A DNA stretch of 64,000 bases from Savitreella phatthalungensis (GCA_051599415.1 AP039690.1:124001-188000), one strand, 5' to 3'. Positions 33,807 to 46,402 are shown, numbered from the stretch's first letter. The notes: a model not told the origin generated them from the sequence alone. Translations and numbers: made by a program.

Positions 33807-35207
33807 CTAGGCCTGAGTGATGCCGCGATTCACTTGCATCTGGCAATCCTCGCCACCACTGAGGATGCCGAGATCGCCAGACCAATAGACACACATGACC
33901 TTGTTCATGCCTGTGCCCATGCGCTGGGACGCCTGTGTTTCTGTGGCCGCGGCTGGCTGACGCTTGACGGTGTAGAGGGATCGCGGATTCCGGATGTCCC
34001 AGATGCGAAGATCGCCGTCGAACGAGCTTGTGGCTAGGAGGTTGTCGTTGGGTGTGAGGGTAGTGCCGTCGTCGGCTGTGAGGGCTGAGGCTGTAGTGGT
34101 GGTGGGTGCGAGGGAGATGCCGCTGACAAAGTTGCGGTGACCCTGGAGGGTGAGGGATGTGAGCTGCTGGCTGCGAAGATCGTGAACGTGGACGTTGCGC
34201 TGGCCGCCTGTGAGGACGGCGTGTAGCTTCGGTGCGGAGACGACGGAGAATAGTGGTGTGCCGGTGTTGATGGTGGTCAGGGGGAGTAGGGTGTTGAGGT
34301 CGGTGGCGACAAGTTTGTCGTCGAGACCTGTGGTGTACACGACCGATTTGTCACGGCCGTCGAAGGCCACAGCCGTCGCCTGTGCGCCATGGACACGGCG
34401 CATGTGACGCGCAGCCAGCGAGCCGACGGCAGATGTCCGCGATCGCTTCCGCTTGCCAGACAGCCGTTCAGGCGCATATGGCGCACCGAGCTCGTCCCCG
34501 GTATCCCAAACACCTAGCTGTCCGTCTGCAGACACTGACACCACCGTCTCACCGGACGCTGCGCACCCCTCAACACTGGCAGTATGGCCACGCAACTCAG
34601 CTTCGCAGATCAGGTCGTCTGCGCCGGCAACGTCGTCTGTCTCGTGTCGCCACAGACGCAAGGTTCTGTCCATCGATGCCGACACGAGTTTCGCAGACGC
34701 AACCGCAGTCTGTTCTGCTGCGTCTACGACCGTGAGGTCCTTGATTGGTCCCGTGTGACCTGTGGCCGTGGCGAGGCAGCGCTGTGAAGGGTCCCATACA
34801 CGGACGATTGCGTCGTAGCTGCCTGTGGCGACCTTGCCGTTGGAGGGCTGGGCGATGGCTGACACCCAGTCATCGTGAGGGTAGGTCGCAAGGAAGGATG
34901 GCGGGAGAATCGACCGGACGTACTCGACTTCCAGCACAGCTTCAGAGGAAAGTGCCTTCTTGACCAGATGTTCTGCAAGCGTGGTCCCCAGGAGTTCTCC
35001 ACCGATCAAGAAGGAGAACGGAATAGGTGTCTCGGTCGAGAGGAGGTGGTTGACGACCTCTGACAGACCATACCGACGGAGGGATGTTGGTACAACGATA
35101 GGTCTGTCCTCGATCTGTAAGCTCGGATCTTTTGTAGAGAAGCGTAGCTGGATGGTAGTTGCTGGAGCAGCGACTGGCGCGAGCGTTTCTGTCACTGATG
35201 ACGCCAT
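33807..35207 (-). CDS. YTM1: ribosome biogenesis WD40 protein Ytm1/WDR12
   Basis: NLE/UBL domain (LRRYGLSEVVNHLL..PIPFSFLI..LEVEYVRS), HDDWVS, WD repeats, SGGED. Confidence 0.94.
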   Translation of the reverse strand: MASSVTETLAPVAAPATTIQLRFSTKDPSLQIEDRPIVVPTSLRRYGLSEVVNHLLSTETPIPFSFLIGGELLGTTLAEHLVKKALSSEAVLEVEYVRSILPPSFLATYPHDDWVSAIAQPSNGKVATGSYDAIVRVWDPSQRCLATATGHTGPIKDLTVVDAAEQTAVASAKLVSASMDRTLRLWRHETDDVAGADDLICEAELRGHTASVEGCAASGETVVSVSADGQLGVWDTGDELGAPYAPERLSGKRKRSRTSAVGSLAARHMRRVHGAQATAVAFDGRDKSVVYTTGLDDKLVATDLNTLLPLTTINTGTPLFSVVSAPKLHAVLTGGQRNVHVHDLRSQQLTSLTLQGHRNFVSGISLAPTTTTASALTADDGTTLTPNDNLLATSSFDGDLRIWDIRNPRSLYTVKRQPAAATETQASQRMGTGMNKVMCVYWSGDLGILSGGEDCQMQVNRGITQA

Positions 35208-35438
35208 GCCTTGGGACAGTGAGGCCTTGGAGACTTGCTTCGACTTGGAGAGGGAGGAGTAGTGGTAGAAGGTGGTGTGCTGGAGGTGTGCCTGGAGCGT
35301 GTGTGCTGTTGAATATATTGTGGGTTGTACATACACGTGCATTGTACCAGGATAAATGGAGGATTCGCAGAGTCAAAGCAACCCACACACTCACACGCTC
35401 ACAAGACATTGTCTGTCAAGGACAAGGTAGACACTCAG

Positions 35439-37070
35439 ATGTCATCAATCTTGGCCCTGGTACAGGCTCAGCGTGACGAGTACTGCCGATTTGATGACTA
35501 CGGGCGGTATCACGCTCACTTGACACGGCGACTACACTTGCTGCGGCGCCGGTCGCGCGGTGTGGTTGCAGTGAAGAAGTCCAAGTCTGGTGGTAAGAAG
35601 AGCGGGGTCAAGTCATCTACTGCGAAGGATGCAGCTACAAAGACAACCGCGGACCCTTCACTAGCTCGGACGATCGCCGTGCTGGAAGCTGAGCGTGCAT
35701 ATGCTACGGCGCTGCAGCACAAGGCTGGTGGAGTGGGGAAGGCACAGGTGTGTGTGAACAGGTTGAGGAAGGCTAGCAAGCTGGCTGAGGGTGTGGCTGG
35801 GATGGACGATGGGTTGGGAGAGGCCGATCGGCTTGAGGGGTACGTGTACAGTGCGTATGTGAGGGGTCTGCTGGATAGCGAGCGTGGTCGGTTTGATGAT
35901 GCTGTGGACGCATACGCTGGCGCGTTGCTGGGTCTGCCGAAGAAGGGCGTGGACGTGCTGCTGGAAGCCATCGAGACAGGGCTCAGATTCGCCCTCTACA
36001 GAGCAGGCACGGAGGAGCGGTCTGTGAACTTGCGAGCAATCGCAATCGACCGCGTGAACAAGCAGGACGGACCTCTCGCCAAGCTCCTGCGAGAGGTTGA
36101 CCCAACCGCACTGACGGGTGGGGACAGTTCAGGGGAGGGCGGTGCTGAGGACGAGCTGGTGTCACAGGTTGCTTGGGCCGGTCGCGTGGCTCAGTTGCGG
36201 TCTAGCGAGCTTGTGGGTGTGGTGTCTGGTGCTGTGTCTGGTGGGAAGCAGGCTGGTGTGGATGTTGACCGGTGGGATGGTGTGCTTGGAGACTGGGGTC
36301 GTGCGCTCGAGATCCTCGACGGGCTGGTCGCAGGGGAGGAAGACCAGGGCCGTGCACAGACATTCGAGCTCGCGCGCGCGTGGGCGCAGTGGCATGCCCT
36401 CCAAGACAGAGCCTCCCGCGACAGACTCCTCGCAGACAGAGCAACTTCCCCGAGGGATGCATCCCTCCACTGGGACGCCGTCATCACATCCCTGAACGGA
36501 GCAGCCAAGATCCCAGGACTCTCGAAATCCGACAAGGCTCAACTCGTCACCGACACAGCGACCGCCAAAGGCATGCGCCTGGTTGCAATCGCTCGCGGAT
36601 GGGGTCACTCGCTGGAGGCTGTAGCGCTGCTTGATGGAGCTGTGCGTAAGCACTTGGTCCGTGAGACTTGCGAGTACGCGGAGGTATCGAAGCTTTTGGC
36701 TAGGACCGTTGCTCTCTACAATGTTGCGAACGTTTCGTCTGGTGCTTCTGGCGCTCTCGTCTCGGGCACGTGGTTCGGCGGCGACGTCGACGCGCTCGCA
36801 AAGTCATCCAGGCCTTCACGCGACACGATCAATACACTACGGAGGAAATCAGTGGCCATGAGACCAGCGGTCTTCGACATCGCTTGGAACTATATCGACA
36901 AGATGCTCTCTGGGTCTTCCACCGCGCCGCACACACAGGACCAGAAGCAGGAGATAACTGCTGTACCGCCTGCTAAAATCGTCGAGGCTGAAAATGACAA
37001 GGTCATGGAGGATGTGGTTGAGGAGAAGAAATCGTCTGGTGGACTTTTCGGCTTCTTCGGTCGCCGCTAG
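35439..37070 (+). CDS. SRP68: signal recognition particle subunit Srp68
   Basis: DYGRYHAHLTRRLHLLRR, EAERAYA.A, RLRKA, RPAVFDIAWNYI, C-terminal GGLFGFFGRR. Confidence 0.9.
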   Translation: MSSILALVQAQRDEYCRFDDYGRYHAHLTRRLHLLRRRSRGVVAVKKSKSGGKKSGVKSSTAKDAATKTTADPSLARTIAVLEAERAYATALQHKAGGVGKAQVCVNRLRKASKLAEGVAGMDDGLGEADRLEGYVYSAYVRGLLDSERGRFDDAVDAYAGALLGLPKKGVDVLLEAIETGLRFALYRAGTEERSVNLRAIAIDRVNKQDGPLAKLLREVDPTALTGGDSSGEGGAEDELVSQVAWAGRVAQLRSSELVGVVSGAVSGGKQAGVDVDRWDGVLGDWGRALEILDGLVAGEEDQGRAQTFELARAWAQWHALQDRASRDRLLADRATSPRDASLHWDAVITSLNGAAKIPGLSKSDKAQLVTDTATAKGMRLVAIARGWGHSLEAVALLDGAVRKHLVRETCEYAEVSKLLARTVALYNVANVSSGASGALVSGTWFGGDVDALAKSSRPSRDTINTLRRKSVAMRPAVFDIAWNYIDKMLSGSSTAPHTQDQKQEITAVPPAKIVEAENDKVMEDVVEEKKSSGGLFGFFGRR

Positions 37071-37142
37071 ATGCTACAAGTGATATAATTCCTTCATCAT
37101 CATTCTTTTGATCATGTCGTGTACTAAGGGTTCTTACGTTCG

Positions 37143-38666
37143 CTATGCCTGGACGATGCCCGGTGGTTGGAGCTGGATGGGTGGGGTGCGCTCTTGAGAG
37201 TCGTCCTCGTTGTCGTCGTCTTCATCATCGTCGGATGAGAGGGCTGAAACTGAGAGGGGAGCGAGGTTGCGGTACCTCTTCCTGCGAGAGATCTTGGCCT
37301 TGCGCATCTCTGGAGGGCGAGCTTTGCCATGCAGTTGCTTGTACAGGCCACATGCGTTGCAGACGGTCTTGCCAGAGTGAGAGTCCTTGCGCCAGAGTGA
37401 CGTCTTGGTCGCGGCACAGTTTGTGCATGCTTGCTTCGGAAGGTCGTCGTCTATGGGCGTCGGGGTGCCTGAAGAGGTCTCGATCGAGGGGCTCTTGATA
37501 GGCCGATCACGACCATATTGCTTCGCGTATAGGCCGCAGGCGTTGCAGAGGGAGAATCGCTTGCAGGCTGTCCTTCGCCAGAGTGGCGTTCGTGTGACAC
37601 CACAATTGTGGCATTTGAATTGTTCGTTATTATCGTCATCGTCAATAGGAGGGTTGTCGTCGTTGTCATTCGTTTCGTTGTCGTCATGATCGGATGGGTG
37701 GGGAGTCCATCGGTGCGCTAGCCCGAGGGACTGGTCGGGAGATCGAGCTGTGGTGGCGACCGAGTTGGATCTCGATCTGGCACCCCTGGAGGAGGTCGAC
37801 GTAGCTGGTTTCCGCCGGCGCCCACCTCGACGTAAAGGTACCGCCTGGCCGACGACCTGCGGTGCAAGGTGGAAGGCTGGCTGCTGTGAAGCTACCGAGG
37901 CTGACCATGTTGAGCCGGTGCTGTTGTATGGCTGAAGCTCCGGCAGCGCCGAGAGATCTGCAGTGTATGGGTCTTCGTTGGCAATGCCTTCTGGTACGTA
38001 TGATAGAGAGCCACGTCTGCTGACATCAAAGTCAAACGCGCCGTAGTTGGCCGAGGAGAGGGCAGGGGAGGCGAGTGGAATGGCGTTTGGATCGTAGATA
38101 GGCTGCTGCAGTGGGTACGGCTGTTGATAGTACCCGATCTGGCCCGCTGGACCGGGTTGTCGGAGATGAGCAGGGATCGGCCGAAGGAAAGCCAAGGTGT
38201 AGTCGACTGCGGAGTCGTGCGGCGTGGTGTGTTCGGCGAACGTTCTCTTGCGAGAGCCTCCAGGCGTGAGCATGCCATCGTCGAGATCGTCCGAGCTCAG
38301 GAATAGGTTGCCGTGGTATTGACTGTGGTGCGTGTCGACAGCCTCTTCCAGAGCACCGAGCGCGTTTCGATAGTGCTGATCACGGGAGAAGTAGCCTGGC
38401 TGCACGAAACATTGCTGAGGTTCTATTGTCAGGTGGGGCTGGAATTGTGGGAGCAGGTTCAGTGTGCTTTGGTGAGCTGCAAGAGCTGGATCTGCGAGAG
38501 ACGGTTTTGTGTAAATGCTGCCTAGAAGGGCGTTGTGAAGAGCGGTGATGTCGTCCGCGGGAGTGTCCTGGAAAGAGGTATGATCTGGTTGAAGTGCTGG
38601 TTGGAGTAGATTGTTGCTGTCGTCAGGGTCGACGTCAAAGGGGCTGTCATGGCCAGGAACATCCAT
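37143..38666 (-). CDS. GATA transcription factor with two C-x2-C-x18-C-x2-C fingers
   Basis: CHNCGVTRTPLWRRTACKRFSLCNACGLY and CTNCAATKTSLWRKDSHSGKTVCNACGLY, followed by basic RKAKISRRKR. Confidence 0.93.
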   Translation of the reverse strand: MDVPGHDSPFDVDPDDSNNLLQPALQPDHTSFQDTPADDITALHNALLGSIYTKPSLADPALAAHQSTLNLLPQFQPHLTIEPQQCFVQPGYFSRDQHYRNALGALEEAVDTHHSQYHGNLFLSSDDLDDGMLTPGGSRKRTFAEHTTPHDSAVDYTLAFLRPIPAHLRQPGPAGQIGYYQQPYPLQQPIYDPNAIPLASPALSSANYGAFDFDVSRRGSLSYVPEGIANEDPYTADLSALPELQPYNSTGSTWSASVASQQPAFHLAPQVVGQAVPLRRGGRRRKPATSTSSRGARSRSNSVATTARSPDQSLGLAHRWTPHPSDHDDNETNDNDDNPPIDDDDNNEQFKCHNCGVTRTPLWRRTACKRFSLCNACGLYAKQYGRDRPIKSPSIETSSGTPTPIDDDLPKQACTNCAATKTSLWRKDSHSGKTVCNACGLYKQLHGKARPPEMRKAKISRRKRYRNLAPLSVSALSSDDDEDDDNEDDSQERTPPIQLQPPGIVQA

Positions 38667-39157
38667 GGCTCGAGCACCTGATTGACGTGACGAGTGGATT
38701 TGTGCGATAGAGACAGAAGGGTATAGAAGACGAAAGGGGTCGATGGGAAGGAGAAGGTTGCTGACTTGTGGACAGAGGATGCTGCGAGAGGAAGTTTTTC
38801 GACCGATGTATGACGACGAGTCAGGCCTTTCGGACAGGGCTAAAGTCTCGGGATGAGCGACAAGATAGAGAGAAACAGAAGACTTGAGAGAGAGAGAGAG
38901 GAATAAGAGGAAGAGGAAGAGGAAGAGGATGCTGATGCTGTCGCTATAGTGGTTGTAAGTGCTGTTGATGGTGTTGAGTGGCTCCAGGTTTTCATCGGAT
39001 AAGATAATAATTTAATTTTAATCTACCAATACATTGACCGAAGACTTTTTGTTGTCCCACCTGTCACAGAGCCTAAATTCTGGATTCGTATCTGCTGACA
39101 GTTGAAACCCAGATGAGGCCACTCACGCGAGTTAAATACACGTGATTAGTAGACAAC

Positions 39158-39178
39158 TTAGGGTTAGGTTTAGGTTTA
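39158..39178. promoter_or_regulatory. interstitial telomere-like tract (telobox) flanked by two CACGTG sites
   Basis: TTAGGGTTAGGTTTAGGTTTA; CACGTG at 39139 and 39190. Confidence 0.5.
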
Positions 39179-39311
39179 CCAAGAATTAGCACGTGATCAG
39201 ACAGCGAGCGTACACAAGATGAGTTATGCCTACCATGTTGTCTGGAGTTCTACGATGACTCAAGATTGTCAGCTAGGTAGACTGATAGACGGAGATATGG
39301 CGGCTAGCTCT

Positions 39312-42300
39312 TCAGAAGCCAAAAGGGTTGGCCGCGCTAGCTGCGTTGAGGTTAGCTCTCCTGGCTGCGTTGGTGGAAGGTGCTGCTGAGTGTGGCCGCT
39401 GCTGCTGGTAACCAAAGGCGATCGGCTGGAATCCATACGACTGCTGCTGTGATTGCTGCTGGCCAAATGGAGATGCTCCTGCTGAGGGACCACCTGCTTG
39501 CTGAGCCGCGGTGAACATCTGCTGGAGTTTCATCATTCCTGCACTCATCTGCGGCTGCGGCCCGACTTGCTGGTTGAAGCCTGCAAAGCCGGTCTGCTGT
39601 GGAGCCATCATGCCTCCCGGGACTCCTGTAGGCTGCATTGACAGCGATTGGCCACCAAATGGTGGCAGTGCTCCGCCAGCGGTACTGTACGGTTGCGCAG
39701 GATTGAAGCCAGTCTGCTGGGGTGGGAAGTTCTGCTGTGGTTGATACTGCTGCTGGGACTGCATCTGAGCGAACGCCGTCTTCTGCGGCTGGAGCGGTGC
39801 GTATCCAGTCTGCTGCATGGCAAACACGTTCGCGTTGGTGTTTGCCACTGGAGCCGCAGGGAATCCCGTCTGCATCGGCAGGACAAACCCAGTCTGTTGC
39901 GGTGCAAAGCCACCAGCAAACCCAGTCTTGAAAGGATCCTGGTAGGCTGCAGCGTTACCAGTCTTGAACGGGTCTTGGAATGGTGCAGCGCCCGGGAACC
40001 CGGTCGCTTGGGCTTGCATCTGCTGAATGAATCCTGTGCGTTGGGCAATCAGGATCTGCTGCTGCTGCTCGATCTGTTGTTGCTGTTGCGCAATTTGCTG
40101 CTGCTGAAGCTGTAAGGTTCGCTCGTGACGCAGACGTTCCAGGTTCTGCGATTGCAGGTGCTCTTGCGAGGGCATGCCTGTCTGAGCTGGTTGCTGTTGA
40201 GGCGCAGGTGCTTCGTTCTTGGGTGTTGGGATGAGCGGCTGGTCAAGAAGCGAAAGGTCTTCCATGCCCTTGGAGGGTGCAGCGCCGGTGTTTTGTGGCC
40301 GCACGGGTTTCGCTGGCGGCTTTTCGTCCCAGGCATTATCCTCAAACTTGAGCTGGGAAGCATCGATGACATCACGAGGCTGCTGTTGACGTGTGTTGTT
40401 CTTGAGAGTGCCGTCGGCTTCAGCAATGATGCTGCCGCCCGCTGATGGATCAGGGCGCGCTCGGCCGAGTTTGACATCGACCGCTCGGCCAATCTTGAGG
40501 ATGTCACCTTCACGCACGCCAAGACGCCGTAGCAGTTCGGGCTGTAGTTCGCGGATATCCTGCTCTGTAAGATTGTCACGCTCAAATGCGCTCGTGTAGC
40601 GCTGGCAGACCTGCGGGTCCACGCCACAGGTGAGGAAGAAGTCAAACCAGTCGAAACCTGTGTTGGCGTCGTTGAGCCGTTTCTGAGCTTCTGTAGCAGC
40701 TTCGCGACGACGGCGCTCTCGCTCATCTTCAACAGGCGCGCTGCTGCTCTTCGACGACTCCCTGAGCACCTTGCCGGTCTTGTGCTCGACGTACTCGAGA
40801 TCCTCTTCGCACATCTTTGCAACAGGCACGGAGATTTTGACACCATTAACCTTGTGAAGGTGAATCTTGCCGTCTGAGCATCCGAGCAACTGCGCCTCAA
40901 CCTTGAAGCTCCGTGATCTGTCTGTCCAAGTCCGGATCTTTTTCGGGTCCGGTTTGGACTTGCCACCCGTGTTTTGCGGCTTGAGCTTCTCTGCAGAACG
41001 CGAACCTGCAGCAACGTCTCTCTCACGAGCCTTTGACCTGTCTCTCGACTTTGACCTGTCTCTGCCTGATTCGCGCGATTTGCGCTCCTTTCGGGGCGCC
41101 GAGGACTCCAGGTATGCTGCAGGCACGACGCCCTCGCGTCTGCCGAACTTGACCTTTGTCCAGTCTGCACTGGTGCGATCGTCAAGAACAATGACACGTG
41201 CACCAGCTCGAAGGGTAACTTCGTCGTCTCCCTGCGCTTCAAAGTCGTACAGGCATGTTGCGTAGAATTGTCCGGCGGGCAAGAGATCTGCACCAGCCGC
41301 TAGCTCCTCGTCATCGTCCTCATCGTCAGGCCGGCTAGGGAAGCCTCGATCAGTTTGGGCGAGACCGGACCCAGCGGGAAGGTTCGGTAGGGGTGCATTA
41401 AGAGCACTAGCGACTTCGCGAAGCCCTTCTGCACGTGCTGCACCGACCATCTCCCCGAGTCTGGCTCCAATTTCTGCTGCTGCGTCGTTGCTGCCTGCAT
41501 GAAAGTCGAAGGATGCAGTGTGAGGAGGTGATTGGAGGTCGATGAAGACGTGCTTCTTCTCTGTCGAGTAAGTGGCGAGTGATGTGATGGGCCAAGTGGT
41601 GATGGAATCCTGTGCGCGATCTGGTGCCCATGAGATTTCCGTATTGCCGAGACCGAGTGTGCCTTTCCGCTTCTTCTTCTTTCCCTCGACCTCTTGCACC
41701 TGCCAGGTAGCGAATCGTCGACTGGCAGGGTTCTGGCTCTCTGATTCTCTTGTTGGCGATGTGACTGACGGTCTCGCAGGCTGCGTAGGTGGAGCTTGCT
41801 CGTAGGATGGTTCGCGTTGTGGCGGGCGAGGTGCGACGGCGGCGGGCGAGATCGGTAAGGATGCGGGAGCGATGGGCAACGATGGAGCACGGTTGCTGTT
41901 ACTTGCGACACGTTGGGGCATGGCTGGTCTGTGGTCGTCATCGTCATCGTCATGATCAGACTCGAGTGCTGTATGGTCAGAGTAGTCAGGGACTGCGCGA
42001 GCGCCCATGGTCTGTGCACGTGCTGCCGTTGCCGCGGAAGGTTGTGCGAGGGTAGGCAGTGGTGGCGCTGGTGGTACCACGGATGCATTGGAAACAGGGG
42101 TGGGAATTGCGGCTGACCCTGCTGCATTGGGCGCTCCAGAAGTTGAGGACTCCTCAAGGTAATTTGAGGGAGCAAAGCCGTACTGACCATTGGATCCAAC
42201 GAGGAACCAGTCACTGTCCTCCTTATCGTAGACATCGATCGAGGCTCCCTCGGTCAGTGTGATCTCTTCTGTGGTCTGACGATCGTAGTCGTAGAGTGCT

Positions 42301-42614
42301 ACTGCGCGAGAGATGGGTGTAGCATCCTGGACGTAGTTGGCAGGAACAAGACCTTCATCACCTTCCTCCTCATCGCCTTCTGCTTTCTTCTTGACCTTCC
42401 ACCAGCCGTCTTCTGCACGTTCTAGCACGTACAGTGTCTCTCCTTCAGTGATTGAGAGCCTGTGGAAGAGGGAAGGTGTCAGTGATGATGCATGGGATTG
42501 AGTGTAAAATGTTATGGAGCGTTGGAGAGTGGCTTACTCTTTGTCTTCTTGTGCTGGATCTGGCTGCTGGCTCTCATAGTCGTAGAGGACTGTGCAGATG
42601 CCTACGGCTGCCAT
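39312..42614 (-). CDS. SLA1: endocytic adaptor Sla1; exons 42614-42538, 42459-39312
   Basis: Three SH3 domains (the first completed by exon MAAVGICTVLYDYE.. and intron GTAAGC..CTGAC..CAG), SHD1 (RTWTDRSRSFKVEA), SHD2 (DWFDFFL.CG), QxTG repeats, NPF. Confidence 0.95.
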
Positions 42615-42858
42615 GGGATCAAGAGGCAGATAGTCCCTTGTGGTGGACCCGGTGTTTGTATGTGATGTGTTATGGGAGTGGTGAAAGTGTAGGGGTGTGT
42701 GTGGTTTAGCGCAGTGTATTGTGATGGTAGTTGTGGTTGTGGTTCTGATGCAGTAAGGGTTGATGTGTGCACGGTGTGTGTGTGTGTGGGTGTGCTGTCG
42801 ATGATGTCGTTGTTGGGTTTTGGCCTGTACAGCCCGGAGTAGTCTAGTATCGTAATTT

Positions 42859-42920
42859 GCTGAATACTGGATGCTGAATACTGGATGCTGAATGCTGAAT
42901 GCTGAGTGCTGCGTGCTGTG
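42859..42920. repeat. GCTGAAT(ACTGGAT) short tandem repeats
   Basis: Two 14-bp units followed by decaying 7-bp units. Confidence 0.8.
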
Positions 42921-43618
42921 TGTTATGCAGTGCTGCGGAAGTGACCTGTGGAAAGTGACCTGGGTTGGAAGGGATGTAACTGAATTCAGATCTGGAATTT
43001 GAGCACAGCATCAGCGCAGTTTAGGATGCCGTACATACTTGCTTGAGGTAGAAACTGCCGCGGATGAGCAAAGGCGTGGAAGTGAATGAGAGACTGTGTT
43101 GATAGTGAATGAATGCAGGCAGGAATCCACAAGGGTTTAGGTGTGAGCGTCTGAGATGGAATTCTGTCGAATGTAATTGGGGTCAGAACCCTCAGTTCAC
43201 TGACTGTAACAATGATGCATGGATGTGATGCAATGCTTGAGGGTAAGTAAGCTCGATGGATGCACAAGTTATGTGGATCAATTGTCAGTAAAGAATTCGT
43301 CCACGTGCTCGTCCAGTCGCTGCAACTGTTCATACACGTGAGTCTCAAAAAGGGTACTGTGAATAGCAGGGAGGCCGGAGGATGATGCAGTGAAACAGAA
43401 ATTCAGGCAGTTTCGAATCCTGGTGAGATACACGTGAAGTCAAGCCTCGAATTTTCCCTTGCTTGATTGTGGCGGCGAGGTGAGGAACCAGCAGCACAGA
43501 TCCTTTTCCATGTGAACGGACGGGGGACAACCAGCCAATGGGAGGATTGCTCTAGTAAGCTGATTTTTGAATTCTGGAGAGTGCCGAGCTCAGTTTTACA
43601 CATGGACCACCTGTACAG

Positions 43619-43675
43619 CAGATTCAGACTCAGATTCAGAGTCAGATTCAGATTCAGATTCAGATTTAGATTCAG
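43619..43675. repeat. (CAGATT)n hexanucleotide microsatellite
   Basis: About 9 imperfect units. Confidence 0.9.
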
Positions 43676-44473
43676 TTTCGAACTCAAGAGTCAGCACTCC
43701 ACCATTAGATTTTCAGGCTGACAGGTTCTGAACATTTTGAACGAAAGAGAACGTTCCGCTTCTCTCCGCAACTCGATCCTTCAAAAGTCGATCCAATTCA
43801 ATTCAATTAAATTGGTCTACAGGCTGGAGTGGAATAGATTCAATTCGGTCTTCTGGATGAAATGATTTAAATTGCTTCAATGTGAACACCTGTTTGCACA
43901 TGCATCCGGCCTTTCATGAAATCGAACTACAAATTCGATAGATGCACGGATGTAGGGACAGACTAGATCTCCTTTTGATAATTGTGATCCTACTTACAGT
44001 CTGGAATGAAATCAACTTTATGGCCAAACTATACGTTGATGGATTGGATGGAAATTCCGTGGCGATTGAATGCATGGAGAAAATCCAATTTGCTAAGCAT
44101 GATCAATCCATCCGATACAGAACCTTTCCGTCTACACAGCTGAATTCTAGATCGAAACAGCTCAATGATAATGAAATCCCCAGAGTCCATTAATTCTCCC
44201 TCTTCTTATTACCATATTCACTCAATCGTCCAGTAAGTAAGTCAGCACACACACTCACACACTCATTCACCTTCACTCGCAAACCCATACACACCCGCAA
44301 CACACCCGCAACACACACACCGCACACATTCTCCTTCACTCACACACTCACTCACACACACGCTCACGCACTCACACTCACTCACACTCTCAATCATCCA
44401 CCTCCTTCACTCACTCTCACCATCTCTACAAATTCATCTACAACCCTTTCCCTCACAAAGGTACACACTCAAA

Positions 44474-46402
44474 ATGCTGTCACGCAGGTTGCTACGTTCA
44501 GGCGTACAGTCCGCCTCAACCTCACGCACATTCACAACAAGTCGCTCAAATGCGCGCTTCCTCGGCAATGCACCACTCCGTGCAAAGGAAGCATCTCCTG
44601 AAGGCATGATTGGTAACAAGTACCCAGTCATCGACCACGAGTACGATGCAATCGTCGTCGGCGCAGGTGGCGCAGGTCTTCGTGCAGCTTTCGGTCTGGC
44701 AGAAAACGGTTTCAAGACCGCATGTATCTCAAAGCTCTTCCCTACACGCTCACACACCGTCGCAGCACAGGGCGGTATCAACGCAGCACTCGGAAACATG
44801 ACCGAGGACGACTGGCGGTGGCACATGTACGACACAGTCAAGGGAAGTGACTGGCTCGGCGACCAGGACGCAATCCACTACATGTGTCGTGAGGCACCTC
44901 GCTCAGTCATCGAGCTCGAGCACTACGGTATGCCATTCTCCCGCACAGACGACGGCAAGATTTACCAGCGCGCATTCGGAGGACAGTCTCTCAAATTCGG
45001 AAAGGGTGGACAGGCTTACCGTTGCGCAGCCGTCGCAGACCGTACCGGTCACTCCCTTCTCCACACACTCTACGGCCAGTCTCTCCGTCACGACACAAAT
45101 TACTTCATCGAGTACTTCGCCCTCGACCTGCTGATGGAAGGAGGTGAGTGCCGCGGTGTCATCGCCCTCAACCAGGAGGACGGCACACTCCACAGATTCC
45201 GTGCACACAAGACCGTTCTCGCCACCGGTGGTTACGGACGTGCGTACTTCTCCTGCACCTCTGCTCACTCCTGCACCGGCGACGGTATGGCCATGGCTGC
45301 ACGTGCCGGTCTCCCACTTCAGGACCTCGAGTTCGTCCAGTTCCACCCAACAGGAATCTACGGCGCAGGCTGCCTCATCACCGAGGGATCACGTGGTGAG
45401 GGAGGTTACCTGCTCAACTCCGAAGGTGAGCGATTCATGGAGCGCTATGCACCAACTGCCAAGGACCTCGCATCCCGTGACGTCGTCTCACGTTCGATGA
45501 CGCTCGAGATCCGTGAGGGCCGTGGTGTCGGACCTGACAAGGACCACGTCTACCTCCAGCTCTCTCACCTGCCACCGGAGGTTCTCGCTGAGCGTCTCCC
45601 AGGTATCTCCGAGACCGCGGCCATCTTCGCCGGTGTCGACGTCACCAAGGAGCCAATCCCGGTCCTGCCGACCGTCCACTACTCCATGGGAGGTATCCCG
45701 ACCAACTACCACGGCCAGGTCGTCACCATCAAGGACGGCAAGGACCAGATCGTGCCAGGACTTTACGCCGCAGGTGAGAACGCCTGTGCATCCGTCCACG
45801 GCGCCAACCGTCTCGGCGCTAACTCCCTGCTCGACCTCGTCGTCTTCGGTCGTGCCGTCGCAAACCACATCACCGAGACCCTGAAGCCAGGAACTCCGCT
45901 GCCGCAGATGCCTGCAGACTCCGGTGCAGCCTCGATCGCAAACCTCGACAAGCTCCGCACCGCCAACGGCACAATCTCGACCGCCGACCTGCGTCTGAAG
46001 ATGCAGAAGGCGATGCAGACCGACATGGCCGTCTTCCGTACGCAGGAGTCCCTCGACGAGGGTGTCGAGAAGCTTGAGAAGATCGACGCACAGTTCGAGA
46101 ATGTAAGGACGACCGACCGTGGCCTGATCTGGAACACCGACCTGGTTGAGACGATCGAGCTCCAGAACCTCCTCACATGCGCTCGCCAGACAGCTGTGTC
46201 AGCCCAGGCACGTAAGGAGTCTCGCGGCGCACACGCACGTGAGGACTTCCCCGAGCGCAACGACGAGGAGTGGATGAAGCACACCCTCTCATACCAGAAG
46301 GACACCGCAGACCCAGTCAAGCTCTCCTACCGTGCAGTCATCTCCACCACCCTGGACGAGAACGAGTGCAAGTCCGTACCACCTTTCAAGCGTACCTACT
46401 AG
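44474..46402 (+). CDS. SDH1: succinate dehydrogenase flavoprotein subunit
   Basis: [18 protein letters not shown] (FAD-binding His), [11 protein letters not shown], mitochondrial presequence. Confidence 0.99.
   Translation: MLSRRLLRSGVQSASTSRTFTTSRSNARFLGNAPLRAKEASPEGMIGNKYPVIDHEYDAIVVGAGGAGLRAAFGLAENGFKTACISKLFPTRSHTVAAQGGINAALGNMTEDDWRWHMYDTVKGSDWLGDQDAIHYMCREAPRSVIELEHYGMPFSRTDDGKIYQRAFGGQSLKFGKGGQAYRCAAVADRTGHSLLHTLYGQSLRHDTNYFIEYFALDLLMEGGECRGVIALNQEDGTLHRFRAHKTVLATGGYGRAYFSCTSAHSCTGDGMAMAARAGLPLQDLEFVQFHPTGIYGAGCLITEGSRGEGGYLLNSEGERFMERYAPTAKDLASRDVVSRSMTLEIREGRGVGPDKDHVYLQLSHLPPEVLAERLPGISETAAIFAGVDVTKEPIPVLPTVHYSMGGIPTNYHGQVVTIKDGKDQIVPGLYAAGENACASVHGANRLGANSLLDLVVFGRAVANHITETLKPGTPLPQMPADSGAASIANLDKLRTANGTISTADLRLKMQKAMQTDMAVFRTQESLDEGVEKLEKIDAQFENVRTTDRGLIWNTDLVETIELQNLLTCARQTAVSAQARKESRGAHAREDFPERNDEEWMKHTLSYQKDTADPVKLSYRAVISTTLDENECKSVPPFKRTY

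Noticed and set aside
39158..39167. CTAACCCTAA on the minus strand as a telomerase RNA template
   Set aside because: It lies in a short promoter with no visible pseudoknot or other TR elements; a telobox is the simpler explanation.
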